This document shows, piece by piece, positions 1 through 9,120 of a stretch of 24,896 nucleotides of DNA. This DNA comes from Leptospirales bacterium (GTDB taxonomy: Bacteria; Spirochaetota; Leptospiria; Turneriellales; JAOUFE01). The notes beneath the pieces were generated by a model that had not been told where the DNA came from, made no database searches, and saw only the letters and a list, made by a program, of their open reading frames with translations. The position numbers and the translations under genes were made by a program. The stretch covers positions 1 through 24,896 of the forward strand of contig JBEQLE010000064.1 in the NCBI GenBank assembly GCA_040326155.1, in the 5' to 3' direction. The first letter of the stretch is position 1. Each line of letters starts with the position of its first letter.

Positions 1-199
1 CTGCCGCCAGGTTTGGGTCGGTTAAGACAACGTCGACGTTAACGTCCCCGACAAAACAGGCGGGCGAAAACAACAGAGCAATAAACATTGCGCATAGCGC
101 TTTTGAGCGTTGAACCGGACGAGTTCGATCGATTTCAGACGTTCCTGAAAAATCGATCGAATTTGCCTGAGCATTCTGATTATACATTTTCTGATCCAT
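1..199 (-). CDS. Partial gene running off the window: putative lipoprotein, possibly the N-cap of a leucine-rich-repeat protein
   Basis: Manual translation from ATG at 199 is open to the window edge: MDQKMYNQ...KALCAMFIALLFSPAC FVGDVNVDVVLTDPNLAA. It has a hydrophobic stretch ending in Cys. The xDPNL motif resembles internalin-like LRR caps. Confidence 0.55.
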   Translation of the reverse strand, partial: MDQKMYNQNAQANSIDFSGTSEIDRTRPVQRSKALCAMFIALLFSPACFVGDVNVDVVLTDPNLAA

Positions 200-216
200 T
201 GTCTAACGCCCTGCTC

Positions 217-441
217 TTAATACAACAATCGCGCTTTGGTCTCTGCTTTTTTATCGCTTCGGTATTGTCTTGCTTTTGCTTCTGATGAATTACTTTTGAT
301 GGAAGTCGCTTTAACGTCCGCTTTCCCCATACAATTGGTAAAAAGAAAAACCGATAAACACATGCCCAGAATAGCTTTGACTATAAAACCTATCCAGTTT
401 TTTTTATAACTTATAATATCTTTCGAATATAACAATTTCAT
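217..441 (-). CDS. Small hypothetical membrane protein or lipoprotein (74 aa)
   Basis: ATG at 441 follows a GGAG SD-like motif. A hydrophobic segment ends in FLFTNC, followed by a basic tail. The ORF-track start at 495 is a TTG with no SD. Confidence 0.5.
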   Translation of the reverse strand: MKLLYSKDIISYKKNWIGFIVKAILGMCLSVFLFTNCMGKADVKATSIKSNSSEAKARQYRSDKKAETKARLLY

Positions 442-487
442 AATGTCTCCAGAATAATCACTAAGGCATAATGTTATACGCCAAGAC

Positions 488-595
488 GCATACAACGCTG
501 CAATACCAATGCATTGCCCATGAAAAATAGCAAATGCGTTAACATAAAGAGCCGCATAACGGCATAGTTGCCGCAGTAGTTTAGGGCGTTATGTG
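488..595. other. Candidate degenerate attC-like inverted-repeat site
   Basis: Ends are GCATACAACG (488-497) and CGTTATGTG (587-595), with partial internal complementarity (CTGC/GCAG, TGCC/GGCA). No integrase is present in the window. Confidence 0.25.
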
Positions 596-698
596 TCAGT
601 GCTGCAAATTGTCAATATTATTTCGGTATTTTATGGGACATTTACTAAAATTTTATTTCATCAGGGACAATGTTGGTCGATTGATGAGGGCGGTGATA

Positions 699-758
699 AC
701 GCGTGGGGTAGCTTAGGCCGCTGAGCGGCCGGAGCGAGGGGCGCGCTAAGCCCCCTTT
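699..758 (+). repeat. Dispersed G-run/hairpin element, copy 1
   Basis: ACGCGTGGGGTAGC, then the hairpin GGCCGC-tga-GCGGCC, then CGAGGGGCGCGCTAAGCCCCCTTT. The scaffold matches 24802-24856 and 17725-17781. Confidence 0.65.
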
Positions 759-902
759 GCACCGCTTTAAGCCGCTGAGTTTGCTTTTGCATTTTTAAGT
801 ATGGACTTTTCAAGGCCCCATATTGCCTTCGTGTCGACACTCGGATATTCTTTGATAATGAATGATCAATTCAAATACATTTCATTCTACAGGTATTGGG
901 GC

Positions 903-957
903 TTTTAGCTACAGTGTAACAACACTTTCTGAGATGTCAGGTCTGTTACGAACTTTC
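903..957. repeat. ~55-bp dispersed direct repeat A, copy 1
   Basis: TTTTAGCTACAGTGTAACAACACTTT...TCTGTTACGAACTTTC matches 2951-3006 (first 26 nt have 1 mismatch). Confidence 0.85.
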
Positions 958-1012
958 TACTTTATTTAAAACTCTTACCAGACCTTTCTTAGAACAGCCA
1001 ACTAGCAAGAGA

Positions 1013-2515
1013 CTAATTATAAGGGGTAACACATTTTGCATTAGCGTTCGCTTCGCTCTCTCCTCTTGAACGTTCCCAGGCCAAACAAAGTCCTTTTTCC
1101 ATACAACTTTCACAAGCGGCCCCATTTCTTTTAAAGAGAATATCTGACGTCGTTTTCATAATATCGCCATCAATTAAGTCACTCATGTTATTTCCAGATG
1201 AGGGATTTTGTTTGTCGATAATCCAAACCTCTGAAATTGAGCAAGAACAGGGGCCTGTATCTGCCGTCCCACAGAGTGCTCGACAATCTCCGGCCACCAC
1301 CGGTTGAGTGACCCCGGGATGATTATTGAGCTTCGACACCGAAGCGAGACATTCTTGCTCCGTTAGGAATGTATTACACCCGCCTGGCCCCGAACAAAAG
1401 GGAAGTACCTCAGAACAAACTTTTGGGGGAGCAAAACCAATACACGAAGGTTGTCCCAATTTACAATCATAAGAACAAGGAGTTTCACCTTCTACCGGGA
1501 GATCAGGTACCTGGAGAACAGGCCCCTGGTTACTACCTGAATCTGTTGGCAAGGTTGGTGTACATGGAGTACAACATACGCATACCGAAAGTTCATTCGG
1601 ATTAGCCGGACCGCCGGGATGTTCAGAGGTGGCAGGATCATTATATTCATCGCCAAGAGAAAATAGCGCATGACCAAGTTCATGTTGAACTACCAGAGGT
1701 GCGTCTCCTTTACCTGAGAAAAAGATGGGACCCGTTTCGGTGTTTCCAACTCCCGAACAATCTCTGAAATTACTATGACGGTGGATAACACCAATGACAT
1801 CGCTTGTGGATAAAAAATCCGGTGTGAACTCTCCCGGCCATGGATCATTACCACACCGAGTGGACAGGCCGCTATTTACATCCGTCGTTTTTCCACCCGT
1901 TAAGGAATAATAAAACCCAAGTTGGTTGTCTCGCCATCGATAAGCGGGATCTTTCAAAATTTGTTGATACAAAAATTTTTCAGCATCCTCATAAAAGAGC
2001 AGATGATTATCGTGGTAGCTGGGAATATCTCTTACAAAAGAGATTTTGAATGCATGTCCTTTTATACTGACAGGTGCCCTCAACGTAATCAGATTTTTTC
2101 CCGGTGGATTACCTATATCAAAATAATAGGAAGCCATTGAGTAGGTTTTTTCGCCGGCATTATTCTCTATATATGCTGAATAGGTGGCAAATTTGGGGCT
2201 ACTCGAAAGGTTCACAACATTCAAAGTACATTCATTTGTATTGTTACAAATTTTTATTTCTGGCGATGGGTCACCCTCTCTTTGAAAGGTTATCTTGATT
2301 GTAGAGGGTACGGCTTGACCCGTTTCAGACAAAGCTTTAATCGTTATATCCTGGCCGGGGGCCGGATGAATTGGCTCATGCCAGACAAATATTTTGGATG
2401 CCTGATTTTTAGCATCAGAGTTGAAAGTGGGCGAGCATCCCGTACATCCTACAAATGCCAACAAATATAATAGAGATAGACCTGTCAAAGCGACTTTTCT
2501 TAAAGAATGAACCAT
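1013..2515 (-). CDS. Secreted lipoprotein zinc metalloprotease, M64 (IgA peptidase)-like, with Cys-rich C-terminal region
   Basis: 500-aa ORF with signal peptide and lipobox LAFVGC. Zinc motif HELGHALFSLGDEY matches the HExGHxxxxLxDEY pattern; GDIMK is a possible Met-turn. About 19 Cys follow the zinc motif. Confidence 0.75.
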   Translation of the reverse strand: MVHSLRKVALTGLSLLYLLAFVGCTGCSPTFNSDAKNQASKIFVWHEPIHPAPGQDITIKALSETGQAVPSTIKITFQREGDPSPEIKICNNTNECTLNVVNLSSSPKFATYSAYIENNAGEKTYSMASYYFDIGNPPGKNLITLRAPVSIKGHAFKISFVRDIPSYHDNHLLFYEDAEKFLYQQILKDPAYRWRDNQLGFYYSLTGGKTTDVNSGLSTRCGNDPWPGEFTPDFLSTSDVIGVIHRHSNFRDCSGVGNTETGPIFFSGKGDAPLVVQHELGHALFSLGDEYNDPATSEHPGGPANPNELSVCVCCTPCTPTLPTDSGSNQGPVLQVPDLPVEGETPCSYDCKLGQPSCIGFAPPKVCSEVLPFCSGPGGCNTFLTEQECLASVSKLNNHPGVTQPVVAGDCRALCGTADTGPCSCSISEVWIIDKQNPSSGNNMSDLIDGDIMKTTSDILFKRNGAACESCMEKGLCLAWERSRGESEANANAKCVTPYN

Positions 2516-2608
2516 TATTTTTTCCCCTTCAGCACTGGAGCCACCAACTCAAAACAAACGAAAGGTGACTTAAAACTCTTTATTAGTAGTTATTTATTTT
2601 CTTGTTCG

Positions 2609-2637
2609 ATTAAATATGAAACAACATAATGCGTCAA
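2609..2637 (-). promoter_or_regulatory. Putative sigma70 promoter for the peptidase gene
   Basis: Minus strand reads TTGACG-N17-TTTAAT, about 95 bp upstream of the ATG at 2515. Confidence 0.35.
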
Positions 2638-2660
2638 GACAAATAATAGAATAAAACTTC

Positions 2661-2693
2661 AGGCTAGGTTCTGGTTAGATTCTGGTTAGATTC
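2661..2693. repeat. 11-bp tandem repeat, about 3 copies
   Basis: AGGCTAGGTTC / TGGTTAGATTC / TGGTTAGATTC. Confidence 0.7.
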
Positions 2694-2950
2694 AGTCGGG
2701 GTTTTCGCTATGGCGGGTAAGTCCACCACAGCGTTCACCACTGGAAAAGAATCATGCATCTTAATTTCAGAGTCGTATGCGAAGGCAAACAAACTCTACA
2801 TAACATTTTTTTGGGAAAGTTTTCAATGGAGGAAGAGAGAACTTAGAGTTTTTGTTTTCGTGCATGATTCTCATCTTCATTTGTTTGTTAGACCCTGTTT
2901 TTGCAAAAAGGTTCCAACTTTTTCCTTATTTCACAAAAAAAGCGAACGGT

Positions 2951-3006
2951 TTTTAGCTACAGTGCAACAACACTTTGCAGAAATTATAGATCTGCTACGA
3001 ACTTTC
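2951..3006. repeat. ~55-bp dispersed direct repeat A, copy 2
   Basis: TTTTAGCTACAGTGCAACAACACTTT...TCTGCTACGAACTTTC matches 903-957. Confidence 0.85.
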
Positions 3007-3218
3007 AATTTTAAAAGATTAGCCAAAATAAATAAGTTTTATACTTTATGTGCGTGTTGAAGGTAGAGTGGATTAAAACGGGTAAAGGCGAGCCATATAT
3101 TTTAACCCTCAAACTCAAGCGAGCTTTTGAAATTGAATTGTTGTTTAACTACAGAAGCGGAAAAACAAAATAAAGAGAAAGCGGACAAGAAGACAGATGA
3201 TGTGGATGGGACAAAACG

Positions 3219-3250
3219 TTCGGACGGTCGCTTGCAAACGACCGTCCGAA
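3219..3250 (-). terminator. Hairpin, likely terminator of the FG-GAP gene
   Basis: Perfect 12-bp stem TTCGGACGGTCG/CGACCGTCCGAA with an 8-nt loop, 7 bp after the stop at 3258. CGTTTT follows on the minus strand. Confidence 0.6.
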
Positions 3251-3257
3251 AAATGCG

Positions 3258-6200
3258 TTAGTAGGTCAGGTTGTAGTAGATGTTGTTTGGTTGCCCTGAG
3301 TTACCTTCTATTAGGTCAAGGTCGCCATCATTATCAATATCGCCTAAGTCTAAAGAAGTTGTTTGATTATAAATTCCTAATGCTTGACCACTGTCTGTGA
3401 ATACTCCGAGACCATCATTAAAGTAAATCTTGTTCGCGGCGCCATTATTACTCTCAACAATATCAAGATCGCCATCATCATCCACATCGCCTAAAATAAT
3501 CAAGTTTACCATCCATTGATAATATTTACCAAGATATTGACCACTGTCAGTGAAAACACCGGAACCATTGTTCAAGTAAATTTTACTTTTTCCATTGTTT
3601 GGATCAATAGGCCCCCAGCTGAAATCAGAAATGTACTTATTTCCTTCCACAAGATCAAGATCACCGTCTCCATCAACATCGCCAAACGCAACACTCACTG
3701 TATTGGATAGTCCGATACTCTGGGCGCTTTTTGTAAACATACCCGATCCATCATTTAAAAAAGTACTGTTGGCTATTCCCTGCCCACTGCCATGGATAGT
3801 GCCATTTCCTTGTACAAGGTCTGGATCTCCATCGCCATCAATATCGCCCAACGCAATTGAAACACCGTAGTAACCAGCATATATTATCTGGCCGTTGTTA
3901 TTAAAGCCCCCTGTACCATCATTCAAATGTACTTTGCTGTAAGAGCCAGATGAAATAATAAAATCGACATCATTATCTCCATCGAGATCTCCTGTAAGAA
4001 TACTGATTTTATTCGACAAACTACTAACTGGGTATAAATTCTGGCCGCTGTCAGTATAGTTACCCAGACCGTCATTAAAATAGATTTTATTGTAGCCCAT
4101 TCCCATCCCATTTATTGCTTCGACAATGTCGAGGTCACCGTCATTGTCGAAGTCTGCTAAGGCTATGGTTGAGGTTCTGTTTTCTGCAAAAAAATCCGGG
4201 CAATTATCAATAAGAATGGTCAAACCGTCATTCATGCAAATTTTAGAAGAATTCCAGTAGTAACCTCCTTCGACCAGGTCAAGATAACCATCATTATTAA
4301 TATCTCCAAAAGAGACACTCATCGTTTGTGTCAGTACACGTGTTTGCCCTGTATCGGTAAAATTCCCCATACCATCATTCAGGGATATTTTATTGTCGTG
4401 TCCGATGTTCGCGGTGGCAATATCAAGGTTTCCATCGCCGTTTACATCTGCCAAAAGAATTAACCTGATATTGCCAGTATCAAGAATTTGACCGCTGTCG
4501 ATATATACTCCCGTTCCGTCGTTTAATAAAACTTTACTTCCAGGATAAGAGGCGCCGATTACTATATCAAGATCGCCATCTCCATCAACATCACCGGTGG
4601 CCATAATTCCTCCATATGTATAAGGAGAGATGGCCCCGTTATGAACAAAATTTCCGGTTCCATCATTAATATAAATTGTGACCCGGCCGCCTCCAACCAT
4701 CTCGATAATATCAAGTGCGCCGTCACCATCAACATCTTCCAATAATATTTTGCCGCTTAAAATAATTGTCTGACCACTATCAACGAAATTACCGGTCCCA
4801 TCGTTTAGGTATATTTTATTGGGCCAAACATAGACACTCTTTACCTCAATAATATCAAGGTCACCGTCATTGTCAATATCACCGAGCGCTACGGATATAT
4901 TGGTTCCTATGTCTCGAATTGTTTGCCCCTGGCTGAATACTCCCGAACCATTGTTCATAAAAAAACTCATTGCGCCATACCATGTTGTCGCAAACAAATC
5001 AAGATCACCATCATTATCCAAATCTGCCAAAGCGACGACCGTCCAGTAGGATGCAATTTGCCTGCTCGATACAAACGTTCCGGTTCCATCGTTTATATAG
5101 ACTTTACTATTACTACTATTTCCAGTAACTAAATCAAGATCGCCATCGTTATCCAGATCTCCCAGGAAAATATTGGTTGTCAAATCTGTCCCCAGATTTT
5201 GACCGCTATCTATAAATATTCCTGTCCCATCATTTAGATAAACCTTATTGGGCTGTCTCCAATTACCTTCCACTCGATCTATGTCGCCATCTCCGTCGAC
5301 GTCACCCATGGCTATAGTATAGGTGCTATAATTATGATCCGGACTGTTGTCTGCAAATATACCCGGCTGAATTTTTGGTCTATTTGAGACACAATCCACC
5401 GCCACACTAACATGGCTGCCCGCCACATTCCCGGTGCCACCGGTTATGGTACAGGTTTTCCCAGTTGGTTGCGTAATAACCGTTACATTGTATGCTGCCG
5501 TATCCAATACGCGGCCCAGAAATTCATAAACATCGCTGCCCGTTCCGCCGCCGGTAACACTTAAATTCTCTCCATTGTTGTCGATGACCAAAACATCAGA
5601 CAAGGCCAACCCGGTTACGGTACCGCCAACCGTGGCGTCAAAACCGTTCGGGTTTGTTCCATTTTGGTATTCGATTACGTTGGTAAGCAGGTCACCGTCA
5701 AGATCTCCTGCACCATCGTTTACTGCCGGGTTCAGTCCGTTATCGAACTCCCAGCGGTCGTTCATCAGGTCGGGGGGAATTTCCGCATCGGGATTATACG
5801 AATAAACAAAATCGCTCGCCCCGGGAACAAGTGGGTCACAACCAGCCGGGGCGAAAGAATATGTAAGTTTTCCGGTCTTTGTTGTTTCTGTTGTGTGAAT
5901 ACACATTTGTACATTTGCCGGGTTAATTACATCCGGGTAAAACGGAGCTGCTGGAAGCGAAGCTTCATATAGCCCTGTCGCCACGTTCAAAACCATTGGT
6001 TGCTGTGGCTGGGAAATACCGTTAATCAGATAAGCCAGAGTCACTGTATTTACGGTGGTGGTTGTCTGTTTTGGAGTAATGGTCGCGGTTACGCTTTCGG
6101 GTACCTGGGTAATGGTTACTCCCGCATTGATAATGTCCGCCGATACTACGGAGCCGGAATTTCCACCAAGAGCAAACGGAGTAAAGTGGTTTACTGTCGC

Positions 6201-7193
6201 TGTGACTGTGTTCGAGGCAAGATTTACCGTGCCGCCGATGCTGACCCAGTCTTGCTGAATATCGTCGTAATAAAGCATTTCGAGGGTGCTTGCATCGAGC
6301 CCGAGAGTTGTTACTTCTGCGGGGTCGTAATTCATGGTAATTGTAATATCGCCATTAAAAAGTGTTCCGTCAGGCAGAAGCTCATAACGATTTGAAAGCA
6401 GTGTCATGCCCGAAAATGGTGAACCGTAAGGCGTCCCTTTTAAGGGTAAGATTTCAATATTGGTATCTGCGTTTAGAACTCCTGCTGGAATATCGAGCAT
6501 AATCTCGTTTAGAATTCCAGTGGAACCTCCGGTGGCCGCGTTAATGGTTGTTCCCGCGCCAGGCGTTGTTTGTGCGTCGATGACTTTAATAACAGGTTTG
6601 AGCATAAAGCCCTGCCCTTTGTTATAATGAATCGATTTTTGCGCGTCAAAGTCGATGGTCAATACAGTATAACCCTGTGAGTCTACCGTAAAAGAGTGAA
6701 TAAGTTTTATTCCGGTTTGTCCGCCTGATGGTGTTTTCAGGGGTTCTTGTGTTATTACACCTTTGGTATTTACATTCAAATAGTTCGCGTCGTTTAAAAC
6801 AAATCGCATCTGGTCGTAGGTACCGGGGTCGAGACTGAATGAACCTAAAGCGGCTGTAACCCCGTTTTGCAGTTGCAAAAGATCGAAGGTTTTACCGGCG
6901 TCGCCAAAATCAACCACGGTCATCCATCCCTCAGTCGCCGAGTTAACTTCAATAGAACGGAAATTCACCATAACAGAGGTAACGTCTTTATTTTGAATCG
7001 GAAAATCGGTCAGTAAAAGGGTCACCGCTCCTTTGTTGCCGTCCGGACCAAAGGCATTTTTGGTAAAAACACCAGCTTCTTTTTGCTGATTAACAGCAGT
7101 TGTACAAAAGCCTGAAGCTATTGCCAATATAGAAATAAATAATATCTTTATAAACCCATTGTTTAAAGGCTCGAATAACGTCTTGATTGTCAT
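3258..7193 (-). CDS. Large surface protein: DUF4382-like domain, ZU5-like region, Ca-binding repeat, Ig-like module and 14 FG-GAP/VCBS repeats
   Basis: ATG at 7193 follows GGGAG. Signal region ends ...ASGFC. DUF4382-type motifs are LLTDFP, FDLLQLQNG, PSGGQTGIKL, IDFDAQKS and LKPVIK. DRWEFDNGLNP..DLDGDLLTN..EY..GTNP is a Ca-binding repeat. There are 14 GD(V/L/I)DxDGDLD-type repeats. Confidence 0.9.
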   Translation of the reverse strand: MTIKTLFEPLNNGFIKILFISILAIASGFCTTAVNQQKEAGVFTKNAFGPDGNKGAVTLLLTDFPIQNKDVTSVMVNFRSIEVNSATEGWMTVVDFGDAGKTFDLLQLQNGVTAALGSFSLDPGTYDQMRFVLNDANYLNVNTKGVITQEPLKTPSGGQTGIKLIHSFTVDSQGYTVLTIDFDAQKSIHYNKGQGFMLKPVIKVIDAQTTPGAGTTINAATGGSTGILNEIMLDIPAGVLNADTNIEILPLKGTPYGSPFSGMTLLSNRYELLPDGTLFNGDITITMNYDPAEVTTLGLDASTLEMLYYDDIQQDWVSIGGTVNLASNTVTATVNHFTPFALGGNSGSVVSADIINAGVTITQVPESVTATITPKQTTTTVNTVTLAYLINGISQPQQPMVLNVATGLYEASLPAAPFYPDVINPANVQMCIHTTETTKTGKLTYSFAPAGCDPLVPGASDFVYSYNPDAEIPPDLMNDRWEFDNGLNPAVNDGAGDLDGDLLTNVIEYQNGTNPNGFDATVGGTVTGLALSDVLVIDNNGENLSVTGGGTGSDVYEFLGRVLDTAAYNVTVITQPTGKTCTITGGTGNVAGSHVSVAVDCVSNRPKIQPGIFADNSPDHNYSTYTIAMGDVDGDGDIDRVEGNWRQPNKVYLNDGTGIFIDSGQNLGTDLTTNIFLGDLDNDGDLDLVTGNSSNSKVYINDGTGTFVSSRQIASYWTVVALADLDNDGDLDLFATTWYGAMSFFMNNGSGVFSQGQTIRDIGTNISVALGDIDNDGDLDIIEVKSVYVWPNKIYLNDGTGNFVDSGQTIILSGKILLEDVDGDGALDIIEMVGGGRVTIYINDGTGNFVHNGAISPYTYGGIMATGDVDGDGDLDIVIGASYPGSKVLLNDGTGVYIDSGQILDTGNIRLILLADVNGDGNLDIATANIGHDNKISLNDGMGNFTDTGQTRVLTQTMSVSFGDINNDGYLDLVEGGYYWNSSKICMNDGLTILIDNCPDFFAENRTSTIALADFDNDGDLDIVEAINGMGMGYNKIYFNDGLGNYTDSGQNLYPVSSLSNKISILTGDLDGDNDVDFIISSGSYSKVHLNDGTGGFNNNGQIIYAGYYGVSIALGDIDGDGDPDLVQGNGTIHGSGQGIANSTFLNDGSGMFTKSAQSIGLSNTVSVAFGDVDGDGDLDLVEGNKYISDFSWGPIDPNNGKSKIYLNNGSGVFTDSGQYLGKYYQWMVNLIILGDVDDDGDLDIVESNNGAANKIYFNDGLGVFTDSGQALGIYNQTTSLDLGDIDNDGDLDLIEGNSGQPNNIYYNLTY

Positions 7194-7392
7194 AATTTTG
7201 TCTCCCGGTACATCATTTTGAACCACCAAGGCAATACCCCCATTTGCGGTCAATGTTTTTTCGAAATTTATATATTTGGTACATAATTTTACGAGTATTT
7301 TCGTGTTTTTTTCTTTAATAATGTTATGGGCGAATTCGAATCGGTAGAAGAGGGTTAGACATGATTTACAGGATGGGGTGCTGCGACCAATA

Positions 7393-7497
7393 TGTAGGGG
7401 GTAGTGAAGAATCTTTTTTGTTTGTTAAAATCCCGCTACCGGCGGTTGGTGGAACTTGACAAAAAAATTCGGAACGTGGGGGAAAACTTTCCCCCTC
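7393..7497 (+). repeat. Dispersed G-run/hairpin element, copy 2
   Basis: GTAGGGGGTAGTGAAGAATCTTTTTTG...[imperfect hairpin]...ACAAAAAAATTCGGAACGTGGGGGAAAACTTTCCCCCTC. The flanks align with the reverse complement of 17562-17652. Confidence 0.65.
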
Positions 7498-7602
7498 TAA
7501 CTTCTTAAATTGTTGTAATTGTCGCACGTTTATCGTCTCTGTCAAAGGTAAGCCCACCAGCAAAGTTTAAACGTATTACACATCAAACGAGAGAATTCAA
7601 AA

Positions 7603-9087
7603 ATGAAAATTATTAAACTTCTAATTCAGTTCTTTTTTATATCGGTAATTTTAGCCAGTTGTGGAAATAACGGCGGTGGCGGTGGAGGCGGCAATAACGT
7701 TTCGTCGGTCTGCGATGATAACAATGTTGATGAGGGTGTCTTTGCAGCTACCCCTGCGGTTTGCGACTATTATGTGGACGATGCTACGGGCGATGACAAC
7801 GATGACGGAACCACCGAACTGCTTGCCTGGAAAACTCTCGATCGGGCCGTTGGCTGGAACAGTTCTAGCGGTGTAGACGGTAAAACGGTTTGTGTTAAAA
7901 ATGGAACTTACGCGGGTGTCGACATTCGGCGTACCGGTACCGACGCGGCGAACTACCTTACCATTCGAGCTATGGCAGCTCACTCCCCTGTTGTTTCGGC
8001 AAAGTCAGATACCCCCTACTGTTTTGACGGCGATACGGCGAGCGGTAGTATCTCTTATGTTATTATAGACGGGTTTGATTGTACCGAAGATCTGGCGGAC
8101 GGGCAGGCAAACGATGGGGCCGGTATTGCCTTTTACGAGTTGGACTCAACAAACATAATTATACGAAATAATATTATACACGATATCGGTATTGAGGCGC
8201 CCACAGAGCCAAACCCGGGAATTATTTTTGCGGGGGCGGGAACCCATCGCAATATTTTAATTGAAAATAATACGTTTGATGATAATGACGGCGAAGGCCT
8301 CTACCTTGGCACGGCTACGGCCAGCAAGCTTGGGTATCTGGCTTATAATATAGTCGTTAAAAATAACACTTTTACGAATAACAACGATACTGTGCCTGCG
8401 GCCTGCGGAGGTTTAGCTCGGTGCGGTGAAGAGGCCATTGACATTAAACCCACTGTGTGTTCCGCTCTAATTAAAAATAACACGATTGATAATTTCGGGC
8501 AAACAGGTTCGGCAATTCGTCTGGACGGTCGTTTTGTGGAGCTTGCCTACAATACAATTATCGATTCAGGTCATGCTGACAATGAGGACGGTTCTTTTGC
8601 AATCTCGTTTTCTTCGGCGTTAAATGATGTGGACTATTATGACGGGCATTATATTCATCACAATGTTTTTGTAAGGGTAAAAGTCAGCACGCCCGACCCC
8701 TGGGCCGATTCGTTTATTCTGATGCCCGGTTGTAACGACTGTTCCAACATTACAACTCCGTTTATTATTTCGCACAATACATTTATCGATGCTGAAAAAT
8801 TCGGTATTTTCTTAAACGAAGAGACTGGCGCTCATGAAATAAAAGACAATGTTTTTGTGGGCAGCGCAGATAAGCATATTAAAAAACACCAGGCAACTTC
8901 TACCATTATAGATAACAACGCTTTTGAAACTCCAAATACCTACGACGTAAATGACGCGAGCGAACTTTTAGGTACCAACACCGGAAATTTTCTTGTAAAT
9001 GTAAACGATGGCACCCTCGGGGGCGGTTCCACTTTAAAAAATGCGGCCAGCGACGGAACCCATATCGGGGCGAATCAACTGCCTTAA
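7603..9087 (+). CDS. Lipoprotein with right-handed parallel beta-helix (pectin lyase-like) repeats
   Basis: Lipobox LASC, then a Gly-rich linker. The N-cap reads YYVD...GDD.DDGT..LAWKTL.RA...VKNGTY. Repeated I(I/R)NN(T/I)(F/I) beta-helix rungs follow, and the C-terminus is DGTHIGA. Confidence 0.85.
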   Translation: MKIIKLLIQFFFISVILASCGNNGGGGGGGNNVSSVCDDNNVDEGVFAATPAVCDYYVDDATGDDNDDGTTELLAWKTLDRAVGWNSSSGVDGKTVCVKNGTYAGVDIRRTGTDAANYLTIRAMAAHSPVVSAKSDTPYCFDGDTASGSISYVIIDGFDCTEDLADGQANDGAGIAFYELDSTNIIIRNNIIHDIGIEAPTEPNPGIIFAGAGTHRNILIENNTFDDNDGEGLYLGTATASKLGYLAYNIVVKNNTFTNNNDTVPAACGGLARCGEEAIDIKPTVCSALIKNNTIDNFGQTGSAIRLDGRFVELAYNTIIDSGHADNEDGSFAISFSSALNDVDYYDGHYIHHNVFVRVKVSTPDPWADSFILMPGCNDCSNITTPFIISHNTFIDAEKFGIFLNEETGAHEIKDNVFVGSADKHIKKHQATSTIIDNNAFETPNTYDVNDASELLGTNTGNFLVNVNDGTLGGGSTLKNAASDGTHIGANQLP

Positions 9088-9120
9088 TTCGGGTTGGTAT
9101 AAATTGATATTTCATATTTA

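Noticed and set aside
760..840. c-di-GMP riboswitch-like GGCAA/GCAAA words on the minus strand
   Set aside because: The GNRA loop, receptor and P1 pairing could not be assembled.
2710..3060. 116-aa plus-strand ORF
   Set aside because: It overlaps non-coding repeat A, has no SD or recognisable motif, and has atypical composition.
3258..5340. Diversity-generating retroelement target in the FG-GAP repeats
   Set aside because: No template/variable repeat pair differing at adenines was seen, and no reverse transcriptase is in the window.
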